Shown here piece after piece: positions 27,627-37,011 of a stretch of DNA of 64,000 nt. The stretch is taken from contig CBDCOX010000002.1 of NCBI GenBank assembly GCA_965219995.1, positions 2,912,001-2,976,000 of the forward strand, read 5' to 3'. Numbering within the stretch: the stretch's first letter is position 1; every line of letters starts with the position of its first letter. The stretch is from Candidatus Latescibacterota bacterium. Its GTDB lineage: Bacteria; Latescibacterota; UBA2968; GCA-2709665. A program made the translations under genes and the position numbers. The notes below the pieces were generated by a model that worked only from the letters and a program-made list of their open reading frames with translations, made no database searches and was not told where the DNA came from.

Positions 27627-28783
27627 TACTTAATTGGCTAAATTAGAGTATTTTTCTTCAAGGGCTTTGGGTCGGACTTTTGTGGCTTTCCACTCGAAGG
27701 GATGTGCGTTCTCGTTGTAGGCGTCAATGAAGTGATTGATGGCGGTGCGTAAGTCTCGAATCGAGGTGAAGGAGCCGCCTTTGAGCGCGCTTCTCCACAG
27801 GATGCTGAACCAGATTTCGATCTGGTTCAGCCAGGATGCGTGGGTAGGGGTGTAGTAGAAGTGGACATTTGGATGGCGTGGCAGCCAGCGGTCGTTCTTG
27901 GGCTTGTGGGTGTTCAGGTTGTCGAGGATGATGTGGAGTTCCTGATCGGGGTATTCGGCGACAAGTTCGTTCATAAAGCTCAAGAATTGGCGTCGTTTGC
28001 GCCTTTTGTAATGCCCGGCCTTGACGAGGCCGGTGGCGACGTTCAATGCGGCGAATAACGTGGTGGTGCCGTTTCTCTTGTATTCGTGGTTAAAGCCGGT
28101 CACGGCCTTGCCGTTGGGCAGCTTGAGCCATCCCTGTACCCTTTCCAACGCCTGGATCGCGGGCTTTTCGTCGACGCACAAGACAATCGCATTTTTGGGA
28201 GGTTCCAGATACAACCCCACAATGGCTGCGGCCTTGGCGGCAAATTCGGGATCGGTGCTGATACACCAGCTGCGCCTTCTGGCCAGTGAGATGCCGTGGT
28301 TGCGCAATACTTGCCAGACATAGTGGACAGAAATCCCCAGCTTGTCGGCCAACAACGGACCGGTCCAGTTTCCATAGCCCTTGGGCGGGGCGTCGTCCAA
28401 GGACTCCAAAATTCGCCTTTCGCTTGAAAGATCGTACTTGGCAGGCTTACCCGACCTCGCCTTGTCCTGCAACCCGGAAAGACCCGACTCGTGAAAGCGC
28501 CGGCGCCACTTGCACACCGTGGCCTCGCGCGTTCCCAGGTCCCTGGCGATGTCACGGTTCGCAATGCCCTGCGATGCTGAAAGAACAATCCGGGCGCGTA
28601 GCACATAACGGTGTTGCGTCTTGCCTGAACGGCTCCAACTCAACAGCGTCTCTTTTTCCTCGTCACTCAACGTGATCAACACGGCGGGGCGGCTCATAGG
28701 CGGTCTCCTCTCCACAATTGAATTGAGATCGATTCCCTATGAGCCCAAGATATATTATTTCGCTTTCTTTGTCAAGTAAGTAC
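27626..28783 (-). mobile_element. IS630-family insertion sequence
   Basis: TIRs GTACTTAATTGGCTAA / revcomp GTACTTACTTGACAAA; TA at 27624-25 and 28784-85 (CTAG on both sides). Confidence 0.92.
27630..28697 (-). CDS. IS630 transposase (intact)
   Basis: HTH RARIVL..KWRRRF..GL.D..RSGKP; DDE residues in VDEK, LDNL, WLNQIE. Confidence 0.95.
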   Translation of the reverse strand: MSRPAVLITLSDEEKETLLSWSRSGKTQHRYVLRARIVLSASQGIANRDIARDLGTREATVCKWRRRFHESGLSGLQDKARSGKPAKYDLSSERRILESLDDAPPKGYGNWTGPLLADKLGISVHYVWQVLRNHGISLARRRSWCISTDPEFAAKAAAIVGLYLEPPKNAIVLCVDEKPAIQALERVQGWLKLPNGKAVTGFNHEYKRNGTTTLFAALNVATGLVKAGHYKRRKRRQFLSFMNELVAEYPDQELHIILDNLNTHKPKNDRWLPRHPNVHFYYTPTHASWLNQIEIWFSILWRSALKGGSFTSIRDLRTAINHFIDAYNENAHPFEWKATKVRPKALEEKYSNLAN

Positions 28784-28786
28784 TAG

Positions 28787-29005
28787 GTCGGTGAAACGCA
28801 GCAAAGACAGCTATCAGCTTTCAGCCGTCAGCTTGAATCAAAAACGAAAGACAAACGGCGAAGAGCGGCCGGCGAAACCACCGCGAATCCGTCGAATTGA
28901 TCTCACTGAGATTCCATTCGCCCGCTCGGGTTGCAGGACGACGGCTTACGTGCTTGCGACGGAGGGGATTCGTGGAAGACTGTATCAATTTCCTGGCGCC
29001 GGACG
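28787..29005 (+). repeat. MITE-like element copy 2 (5'-truncated)
   Basis: CAGCTATCAGCTTTCAGCCGTCAGC heptamers; 83-nt ungapped core 55/83 identical to the revcomp of copy 1. Confidence 0.6.
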
Positions 29006-29074
29006 GAAACCAGTCTATTCGAAGGCGACTTCATCGTACAACTTCAATGTGTCGCAAAATGCGACGATTTTTCA

Positions 29075-29103
29075 TTGACCACAGCGCGAACCCGCGTTAT
29101 ATT
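29075..29103 (+). promoter_or_regulatory. sigma70 promoter of the sigma-factor gene
   Basis: TTGACC-N17-TATATT; palindrome GTCGCA-AAA-TGCGAC just upstream (29051-29065). Confidence 0.55.
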
Positions 29104-29246
29104 AACCGCGCGACACGGTTGTTTCTTCGGTGGTAATAATGGAGACCGATTCGTGGTCTCCTGCCGTCTAAAACCATCGACAGGCTTCCTGGTGAAAGAA
29201 TGGGTGTACCTGAGGCATACACCATCGATAATGGAGATTGTCGGAC

Positions 29247-30083
29247 ATGAACGCCAGATCTTCGGACGGCAACGCGGACATCTATCTGCGCGACATCCGA
29301 AAATTCACGCCGTTGAGCAAAGAAGACGAAGCGGACGTGATTGCTGACGCCCAGAAGGGCAACCGCAGAGCCCTCGACCGTCTCATCACCGCCAATCTGC
29401 GATTTGTCGTCCGAATCGCCCGGGAATACAGCGGACGGGGACTTCCCCTGTCGGACCTGATCGCCGAGGGAAACCTGGGTCTGATCCGAGCCACACGGAC
29501 ATTCGATCTGGCGCGCGGGCATAAATTCATCACCTATGCGGTCTGGTGGATTCGTCAGGCTATCCTGTCGGCGCTCAACAAATATTCCCATCCGGTTGTG
29601 TTTCCGGTGAATCAGATCGACGACCTCGACGTTATCAACAGGACAAAGAACGCCCTCTCGCAATCGTTGGGCCGGATTCCCGATCTGGGCGAGCTTGTCG
29701 AGAAGACCGGAATGCCGCTCCGAAGGCTGCGCCGCGCCCTCGAGGCCAACCGCTCCACAGTATCGCTGGACAGCCCCACGCACGAAGGGTCTTCCGGCGT
29801 ATACGCGGACACGCTTCCAGCCCAGGACTCCCGCCCTGACGAACAGTTCGAGGATGCCCGGATCAAGAAGCTGCTGAAGGAATGCCTGAATCGGTTGCCG
29901 CGACGGGAAGCGCGGATACTGAGTCTTTACTTCGGTCTGGATTCCGATAAACCCGAGCCCCTCGAACGGATTGGCAAACGCCTGCAGATCAGCAGGGAAC
30001 GCGTCCGGCAACTGAAAGACAGGGCGCTCAACAGGCTCCGACTCAACTTTGTGCAGGAAAACATGATCTCGCAGACAGAATGA
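29247..30083 (+). CDS. RpoD/SigA-family sigma70 factor lacking region 1.1
   Basis: YLRDIRK.PL, ANLRFVV, DLIAEGNLGLIRA, KFITYAVWWIRQAI, SRERVRQL. Confidence 0.92.
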   Translation: MNARSSDGNADIYLRDIRKFTPLSKEDEADVIADAQKGNRRALDRLITANLRFVVRIAREYSGRGLPLSDLIAEGNLGLIRATRTFDLARGHKFITYAVWWIRQAILSALNKYSHPVVFPVNQIDDLDVINRTKNALSQSLGRIPDLGELVEKTGMPLRRLRRALEANRSTVSLDSPTHEGSSGVYADTLPAQDSRPDEQFEDARIKKLLKECLNRLPRREARILSLYFGLDSDKPEPLERIGKRLQISRERVRQLKDRALNRLRLNFVQENMISQTE

Positions 30084-30086
30084 GAC

Positions 30087-30143
30087 AACAGATGAATAAA
30101 AAAAGGGCGGCCGCTCAGGCCGCCCTTTTTTTGTTCATCTGTT
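30087..30143. terminator. Bidirectional Rho-independent terminator
   Basis: 26-bp stem with GC core GGGCGGCC/GGCCGCCC and A/T tracts on both sides, between convergent genes. Confidence 0.9.
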
Positions 30144-30149
30144 ACCCGC

Positions 30150-31349
30150 TTACTGCCCCGAAAAACCAGCCGGTTTCTTGATCATCTGCTGTTTCAACAA
30201 CTGCATTTCCCGTTGTAGCCGAAGAAATTCGCGATACAACGCCTGGTTGCCCTGCTGAAACGACAATTGCGAAGTTCCCGAATACGGTTCAAAGCCAACC
30301 GGCGGAAAATCTGCTGACTCGGTCGAGAGTTCACCCACCTCGACACGGGGCGTGTCCGGTTGTTCCCCTCGTTTGATTTTCATCCGCACTTCGGTTCCCG
30401 GAGTGGTGGACAGAACCAGGCTTTGCAGATGCTCGGCGCTTTCCACCTGCTGCTCCTGGAACGACATAATCAGGTCCCCCCGAACGATCCCTCGTCTCGC
30501 CGCAGGGCCGTCCGGCGCAATGTTGACCACGCGCACGCCCTGAAATTCGGGGTCGTATTCCCCGGTTACGCCCAGCCATCCGTATACTGTCTGTGAACCA
30601 CTCAGAAGGCGCTGGGCGATACGAATCGCACGGTTGATCGGCACCACGAATACCGTAGTTGGAATCTCCTGTGCCATTCGGACATCTGTAGCCCCTTCGG
30701 GAAGAATACCGGACCACGGATCGGGCGGTAACGCCCAAACCAGGCCCAGAATCTCCCCTGAACTGCAGAAAACCGGCGCGCCGCCAAAACTGAGCCGCAC
30801 CGGCGCCGCAACATGAATCAGGTCCTGCGAGCGGTCGACATTGTGAACGTAACCGAACGATGGTGTCAGACTCCCGAAACTATTGCCCAGAATGAACGCG
30901 TAGTGGCCAATGCGAACCCAGTCGGAATTCCCGACGGCAATCGGCTGCAGTCCTTCCGCTTCAACCCGGATAACAGCAACCTCCGAAACCGGATCCGATG
31001 CCACGAAACGGGCCCGAAGACGACGCCCGGTACTCAGGGTTACCCAGATTTCCTCGGCGTCTTTCACAGCACGATGGACCGTTATGATGTTGCCCCTGGA
31101 ATCCAGAATGAATCCGGTGCCATGCATGAATCCCTTGCCGTACTGCAGCCCTTCCACCACCCCCATCTGGGTATAGCTGGTGTGTATGCGCACGACCCCC
31201 GCCCGGTTCTTATCCAGAATCTCGGCTCTCTCTTCTTCAATTCCCTTGAGCACGCTGCCGGCGCCGCTGGCCGTTGATCCCGGCCCGGCCAAAAGGAACC
31301 CCGCCATAATGGGTACCACCCACAGGGGTCTGCGCAGATTCGTTTTCAT
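30150..31349 (-). CDS. HtrA/DegP-like trypsin-fold + PDZ protein, catalytic triad apparently lost
   Basis: GTGFILD, GNSDWVRIG..ILGNSFG, GWLGV..GPAARRGI..GDLI (PDZ); TNxH->TVHR, D->E, GNSGG->SFGGA. Confidence 0.82.
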   Translation of the reverse strand: MKTNLRRPLWVVPIMAGFLLAGPGSTASGAGSVLKGIEEERAEILDKNRAGVVRIHTSYTQMGVVEGLQYGKGFMHGTGFILDSRGNIITVHRAVKDAEEIWVTLSTGRRLRARFVASDPVSEVAVIRVEAEGLQPIAVGNSDWVRIGHYAFILGNSFGSLTPSFGYVHNVDRSQDLIHVAAPVRLSFGGAPVFCSSGEILGLVWALPPDPWSGILPEGATDVRMAQEIPTTVFVVPINRAIRIAQRLLSGSQTVYGWLGVTGEYDPEFQGVRVVNIAPDGPAARRGIVRGDLIMSFQEQQVESAEHLQSLVLSTTPGTEVRMKIKRGEQPDTPRVEVGELSTESADFPPVGFEPYSGTSQLSFQQGNQALYREFLRLQREMQLLKQQMIKKPAGFSGQ

Positions 31350-31381
31350 TGTCCGTATCGACTTTCTCTCCCTGAGATTCA

Positions 31382-31984
31382 CTAAAAGGACACCCGGCGT
31401 ACATTTGCCAGGTGCCGACCCGGCCGCGGGCGCACCAATGACGCGGCCTTTACGGAATCGGACCGGCCGGCCCGGTAAACCTGCCCCGAAGCCGGAACGG
31501 ATGTTTTCTGAGGAAGCATTTTCAGGGCGCCACGCCTGTCTTCTACGGGAAACGGCGAAAAGGCGGGCGCGACGAGCGTCATCTGATGGACACGATCCGC
31601 GTTGGCGCCGCGTGTTTCCGGAGCCTCGTCGAGCGCCGTGGTCATTCCCAGCGCCATCAGCACAACGGCCGCGGCCGATGCAAGCGCCCTTGGTATGGTC
31701 GGAAAGAATACGTCGGGCAGTCTGTTCCAGAACGAAGGCTTTTGTGCCGCCTCCATCATCAGACGGCTCCGAAGCGCAAAATCGAAGCCTGCGGAAGGCC
31801 TTTCACGCGACATCCGGGCCAGCCGCCGGGTCAGGTTCCTGACACCTTCCAGCGAATTTGCGCAGGCAGCGCACGCTTGCGCATGGCTTTCCATCTGCGC
31901 CCGCTTTGTACCTGCGACCTCGTTTTCGAGATAATCCGATAATCGGGCCGCAAACTCGCCGCAAGTGATGTGACCCTCACCCAT
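31382..31984 (-). CDS. Zinc-binding (zf-HC2) anti-sigma factor
   Basis: C..F..RLSDYL..HAQACAAC followed by a TM helix. Confidence 0.85.
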   Translation of the reverse strand: MGEGHITCGEFAARLSDYLENEVAGTKRAQMESHAQACAACANSLEGVRNLTRRLARMSRERPSAGFDFALRSRLMMEAAQKPSFWNRLPDVFFPTIPRALASAAAVVLMALGMTTALDEAPETRGANADRVHQMTLVAPAFSPFPVEDRRGALKMLPQKTSVPASGQVYRAGRSDSVKAASLVRPRPGRHLANVRRVSF

Positions 31985-32050
31985 GTTCTTCCTCCAATAT
32001 TTCTATTCGATGACCAGTGTCCGTGCGGTTCGGCAGACGGGATCAGGCTG

Positions 32051-32656
32051 TCAGACCACCAACCCGACGTCCCTTCCTTCATTTTTCAGCTTTTGCTGCA
32101 GTTTCAGACGAGCCCGGTTCACGCGGGACTTGACCGTACCCACCGGACACCGGCTGATTTTCGCAATCTCCTGGTATGACAGCCCCTCGACGTCTCGAAG
32201 CAGGATGACCTGCCGGTAGTTTTCCGACAGCGACATGATGGCCTGATGAATCTGTACATCCGCGATTGAAGATTCGGTGATCCGGTCCGGCCGGTACGAC
32301 TCATCGGGCAGTTCCATCCCTGTCTCGTTCTCGTCGTCCCGGTGAAGCGGAAACAGCCGCCAACGTTTTCGGCGTCTCAACTCGCTCTTGGCCAGGTTGC
32401 CGGCAATTGTAAACAACCAGGTGGAGAAATTCGCGATTGCCCGATATTCGTTCCGTTTTCGATACGCCCTGAGGAAGGCCTCCTGAACAATGTCCTCGGC
32501 TGTCTCCCGGTCGCCGACGAATCGAAAGACAAAGTTGTATAACCGTCCTCTGTAACGATTTACAATCTTTCCATAGGCTTCAATATCGCCATTCGCAACA
32601 TCCGTCAGAATATCAACATCCGAAACCGTGCCGTTCTCCGTGCTTGCCATAAGCAT
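32051..32656 (-). CDS. ECF sigma factor (RpoE/SigW-like)
   Basis: AEDIVQEAF, FSTWLFTIA, LSYQEIA..GTVKSRVNRAR. Confidence 0.93.
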   Translation of the reverse strand: MLMASTENGTVSDVDILTDVANGDIEAYGKIVNRYRGRLYNFVFRFVGDRETAEDIVQEAFLRAYRKRNEYRAIANFSTWLFTIAGNLAKSELRRRKRWRLFPLHRDDENETGMELPDESYRPDRITESSIADVQIHQAIMSLSENYRQVILLRDVEGLSYQEIAKISRCPVGTVKSRVNRARLKLQQKLKNEGRDVGLVV

Positions 32657-32949
32657 TGACTTCCCCCCTTTCGCCTACTACGTCCTTCGGAACGGGGTCT
32701 GCAGAACCCTCAATCCAGACGATTGCCAAACAGCTTTTAAACCCTCTGGTTTGAGAAAAGTTCCCGAAAAGCTAACTTTGATCCGTCATTTTCAGGAGAA
32801 TCTCCACGCTGTCGATGCGGTTTCTCCGCTTGACATCCGGCATTGTTGTGGGTTAATTATAGCCGTTCCAGGAAGGAATTGCAAGACACTCCTTTACCGA
32901 CGTCGAATCTGCCATTTCAACCGTTCAAAACCGAATGAGAGGGTTTTCA

Positions 32950-34953
32950 ATGGCGGCAAATCCAGACCGGACTCTAGAACAAGGCGGGCGATATTTCCCG
33001 CCTCAGGACCTCAGTGATCAGGCGCATGTCAGTGGTTTCGAAGCGTACGAGCGGCAGTATCAGGAATCCATCGGGGACGTCGAGGCATTCTGGGCCGACG
33101 TGGCGGGAGACTTTCACTGGTTCAGAAAATGGGATAACGTACGCGCATATAACTACAACCTTAATGAGGGGCCCATCTCCATCAGGTGGTTTGAAGGCGC
33201 GAAAACCAGCATCGCCTACAATTGCCTCGACCGCCACCTGCAGACACGCGGCGACCAGATTGCGATCATCTGGGAAGGCAACGAACCGGGTGAAGACGGA
33301 AAGCTGACCTACCGGGAACTTCACGAGCAGGTCTGCAAATTCGCCAACGTGCTGAAGTCTCGCGGCGTGAACAAAGGCGACCGGGTTTCCATATATATGC
33401 CAATGATCCCCGAACTGGCCGTCGCGATGCTCGCATGCGCCAGGATCGGCGCCGTACACTCCATCGTATTCGGCGGCTTTTCCGCCGATGCGCTTGCCGA
33501 CCGAATTGTCGATTCCACCTGCCAGGTTGTCATTACCACCGACGGCATGTTTCGAGGCGACAGGCCCATGGAACGCAAGGCTTTCGCCGATCACGCCATG
33601 GCCAATGCCGACGCTCGCATGGGCGGAAAATCCGTAGAAACCTGCATAGTCGTCCGACGCGTGGGCGAACACAAGGGTATTTCATGCCCCATGCAGGACG
33701 GCAGAGACATCTGGTGGCACGACGCCATGGCAACCGCCAGCCCGGATTGTCCCTGCGAAGAGATGGACGCCGAAGACCCGCTTTACATCCTTTATACCTC
33801 CGGGTCCACCGGCAAACCCAAGGGCGTGCAGCACAATGTAGGCGGATATATGGTATACACCGCCTATACCCACAAGAACATCTTCGACTATCATGATGGC
33901 GACATTTATTTCTGCGCCGCCGACATCGGGTGGGTCACCGGACACTCATACATCATCTACGGTCCACTGGCGAACGGCGCAACCTCCGTTATGTTCGAAA
34001 GCACACCGGTTTATCCCGATCCGGGGCGGTACTGGCAGGTAATCGACAAATACAAGGTCAATCAGTTCTATACGGCGCCAACGGCGATCCGGGCTGTTGC
34101 GAAAGAGGGAGAAGCCTGGCCGGCCAAATACGACCTCTCATCGCTGAAGCTTCTGGGGACCGTTGGCGAGCCCATCAATCCGGAAGCCTGGATGTGGTAC
34201 CACAACAACGTCGGGCGGGGCCGGTGTCCCATTGTCGACACCTGGTGGCAGACCGAAACCGGCGGTATTCTCATCACCCCGCTTCCGGGCGCAACCGCCA
34301 CGAAGCCCGGCTCCGCGACCTTTCCCTTCTTCGGTATCAGACCGGTCGTACTCGACCCGGAGACCGGAAAGGAACTGGAGGGTAACGGCGTCCAGGGCGT
34401 TCTGGCGATCGCTGAACCCTGGCCCGGCCAGATGCGCACCGTGTACGGCGACCACAAACGATTTGAGGAAACCTACTTCCAGCAATATAAGGGTTATTAT
34501 TTCACCGGGGACGGTTGTCGCAGGGACGAAGACGGCTATTACTGGATCACCGGTCGGGTGGATGACGTCATCAACATTTCCGGGCACCGCATGGGCACGG
34601 CTGAGGTGGAGTCCGCCCTGGTCTCCCACGAGGGCGTGGCGGAAGCGGCGGTGGTGGGTTTCCCGCACGACATCAAGGGCCAGGGAATCTATGCCTACGT
34701 AACCCTGAACGTGGGCGTGGAATACGTAGACGCATTGAAGGATGAACTGAAGGCATGGGTACGGAAGGAGATCGGTCCCATCGCCACACCCGACGTGATC
34801 CATTGGGCGCCGGGTCTGCCCAAAACCCGATCAGGCAAGATTATGCGCCGTATCCTGCGCAAGATAGCCGCCGACGACACCGGCGATCTCGGTGACACGT
34901 CAACGCTTGCGGAACCGGCGGTTGTGGATCAACTCCTGGAAAATCGGCAGTGA
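32950..34953 (+). CDS. acs: Acetyl-CoA synthetase
   Basis: [37 protein letters not shown]. Confidence 0.97.
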   Translation: MAANPDRTLEQGGRYFPPQDLSDQAHVSGFEAYERQYQESIGDVEAFWADVAGDFHWFRKWDNVRAYNYNLNEGPISIRWFEGAKTSIAYNCLDRHLQTRGDQIAIIWEGNEPGEDGKLTYRELHEQVCKFANVLKSRGVNKGDRVSIYMPMIPELAVAMLACARIGAVHSIVFGGFSADALADRIVDSTCQVVITTDGMFRGDRPMERKAFADHAMANADARMGGKSVETCIVVRRVGEHKGISCPMQDGRDIWWHDAMATASPDCPCEEMDAEDPLYILYTSGSTGKPKGVQHNVGGYMVYTAYTHKNIFDYHDGDIYFCAADIGWVTGHSYIIYGPLANGATSVMFESTPVYPDPGRYWQVIDKYKVNQFYTAPTAIRAVAKEGEAWPAKYDLSSLKLLGTVGEPINPEAWMWYHNNVGRGRCPIVDTWWQTETGGILITPLPGATATKPGSATFPFFGIRPVVLDPETGKELEGNGVQGVLAIAEPWPGQMRTVYGDHKRFEETYFQQYKGYYFTGDGCRRDEDGYYWITGRVDDVINISGHRMGTAEVESALVSHEGVAEAAVVGFPHDIKGQGIYAYVTLNVGVEYVDALKDELKAWVRKEIGPIATPDVIHWAPGLPKTRSGKIMRRILRKIAADDTGDLGDTSTLAEPAVVDQLLENRQ

Positions 34954-34972
34954 AGTGTCCAACTCGATTTCG

Positions 34973-35012
34973 CAACGTCAAGAGGGAGCCGGATGGCTCC
35001 CTCTTGACGTTG
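34973..35012 (+). terminator. Perfect 18-bp hairpin after acs
   Basis: CAACGTCAAGAGGGAGCC-GGAT-GGCTCCCTCTTGACGTTG; weak U tail. Confidence 0.65.
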
Positions 35013-35035
35013 TATATGTGACGCATCGTACCTGC

Positions 35036-35743
35036 ATGAACCCGTCATCCCGTAAATCTCTTCTCCTGCTCTCCGGCGGCATGGATTCCACCACCCTGCT
35101 ATGGTGGATGCGTGACCGCGGCATCTCCGAAATCCACACCGTTTCGGTCGACTATGGCCAGCGCCACGCGGTGGAACTCGAATCCAGCGCGGCGCTCTCC
35201 CGGATGGCTGGCGCGGCGTCCCACCGCTGTCTGAAACTCGACCTTCGGCAGATTGGGGGGAATCCGCTCACGGACACAGGGCATGCGGTTCCCGCAGCGA
35301 ATCAGGGTAGGCAGACGCTAACCGTCGTCCCCTTCCGCAACATGCTGTTCGTGACACTGGCCGCCGCATGGGCAGAGCTGAAGGGTTGCGGGAATCTCTA
35401 TCTCTCGCCGGTCCGGAATGACTTTGAGATTTACCGGGACTGCCGTCGCGGATTTTACGATATGCTTGAAAAAACTCTGTGCCTGGGCGCCACGCGGAAG
35501 ACCGACTACCGGATCCACACCCCGTTTTTGGAGAAATGGAAAGACGAGGTCGTGAGCCTGGGTCTCGACCTGGGCGTGCCCTACGTCGAGACCCACACGT
35601 GCTACGAAGGCAGACGCCCCGCCTGCGGCCGTTGCGACGCCTGCGTGGAACGCATCGCCGCATTTCGCGCCAATCGCACCGTGGATCCGCTGCCCTACGA
35701 AATCGAAATCGACTGGACGCGACCCTCGACACCCCGTCAATAG
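35036..35743 (+). CDS. queC: 7-cyano-7-deazaguanine synthase
   Basis: SGGMDST, DYGQRH, VPFRN, YRDCR, TCY..CGRCDAC. Confidence 0.94.
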   Translation: MNPSSRKSLLLLSGGMDSTTLLWWMRDRGISEIHTVSVDYGQRHAVELESSAALSRMAGAASHRCLKLDLRQIGGNPLTDTGHAVPAANQGRQTLTVVPFRNMLFVTLAAAWAELKGCGNLYLSPVRNDFEIYRDCRRGFYDMLEKTLCLGATRKTDYRIHTPFLEKWKDEVVSLGLDLGVPYVETHTCYEGRRPACGRCDACVERIAAFRANRTVDPLPYEIEIDWTRPSTPRQ

Positions 35744-35773
35744 GCGGCCTCGCGCACCGTATCTCCTACCGGA

Positions 35774-36820
35774 CTATGCATTTTTCAGTGCCGTCACTGT
35801 TTCGATCAGACGACGGTCCGCGTTGTATCGAAGCTGCAGAATCTCATCGAGTTGCCCGGGGCTGGCGTTTCCGGACGACAGCCGATAGACCTCGAGTCTG
35901 TCCGCCAGCGCGTTCATGACCATATCGAGAAGGATGAGATCCGACGCGTCGTCCTCGACCATGCACTCATCCGCAAGCACGCGGCGAACCACTTTCAGGC
36001 GATCCCGCAATGCTTCCTCGTCTATCTGCTCGACTTTGGTCCGACTGACCAGCGGGGTGGAAAGCGTCGCCAGAAATCCTTCGCTCAGATATTTGCGGGC
36101 TTTCTCTTCGGTCCAGTTGTCCGCCAGGATTTCCACAACGGACTGCGGGACCCGCTCGGCCCGCTCCCGGTTCTCAGCAGACCCGCCGCCTTCGTTCTGC
36201 CGGCGCGGCTGCCGGCGCCGTCTGTTTCGGCGATGCTCCTGTGCGCCTCTGGCCTGCGGTTCCTGCGTCCTTTCGGCCGGGGCTTCGGACGGCGCGTCCG
36301 CTGCCGGTTCGGGAGGCGGCGTCTCCGCAGACTTTGTGGTTTCCGGCACAGGCTCGGCAACGGCTTCCCCAGCCTTCGCCGGCTCTGGGGATGCCGTTTC
36401 TGTTGTCGCGGCTTCCGGCGGCGCCGCGGCTTTGTCAGCTTCTTTCTCGGATTGAGTCTGCTGCTTGTCCTCCGCTTTCGCCCGTGTCGTGCGCTTCGTG
36501 GAGGTTGTCGATTTCCGGGGCCGTTTCGCGGGCCGCCGCGAAATCACGCGCTTCTCGGAAACATCCGCCGGTTTCTCGGCTGGCTGACCTGAATCTTCCT
36601 GGGGATCGCCTTCGGTCTTGTTGCCCTGTTCCTCCGCCGGAGCGGTCCGGCTTCGGGTTGTTCTCTTCGGTTTCTTGCTGCCGCTCCGGGTACGCTTGGC
36701 GGGCCGCCGCGAGACCACGCGCCTTTCAGAATCCGTGGGGTCTTCCTTCTTTTCCGTACCAGGGGCTTCCGATCCGGGTTGATCATTCTCCTCGGAAGGA
36801 GAATCCTGAATAACGTCCAT
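35774..36820 (-). CDS. Hypothetical protein: long disordered N-terminus with basic repeats + helical C-terminal domain
   Basis: GGAGGT SD before ATG 36820; low-complexity E/P/A/K/R region; ~125-aa helical tail. Confidence 0.75.
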   Translation of the reverse strand: MDVIQDSPSEENDQPGSEAPGTEKKEDPTDSERRVVSRRPAKRTRSGSKKPKRTTRSRTAPAEEQGNKTEGDPQEDSGQPAEKPADVSEKRVISRRPAKRPRKSTTSTKRTTRAKAEDKQQTQSEKEADKAAAPPEAATTETASPEPAKAGEAVAEPVPETTKSAETPPPEPAADAPSEAPAERTQEPQARGAQEHRRNRRRRQPRRQNEGGGSAENRERAERVPQSVVEILADNWTEEKARKYLSEGFLATLSTPLVSRTKVEQIDEEALRDRLKVVRRVLADECMVEDDASDLILLDMVMNALADRLEVYRLSSGNASPGQLDEILQLRYNADRRLIETVTALKNA

Positions 36821-36951
36821 ATACCTCCCTTCGAGCCGTAGACGTCGCATCACCCGCGAATTCGTCTACAACCGTCCACAATATTGAGCCTGCCCGAAAA
36901 CATCGATCTAATTCGACAATATAAGCAAATGTGATCCTCGTTTACCAGATG

Positions 36952-36981
36952 AAAAAGGGCCGGCCAGTATCGGCCGCCCCT
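36952..36981 (-). terminator. Probable groEL terminator
   Basis: Bulged GC stem followed by a U-run on the minus strand. Confidence 0.5.
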
Positions 36982-37011
36982 TGAATTTCCGCGCGATGAT
37001 GCATGCACGGA

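Noticed and set aside
34954-35035. preQ1 riboswitch ahead of queC
   Set aside because: The space is filled by the 18-bp hairpin; no preQ1 stem or A-rich tail is present.
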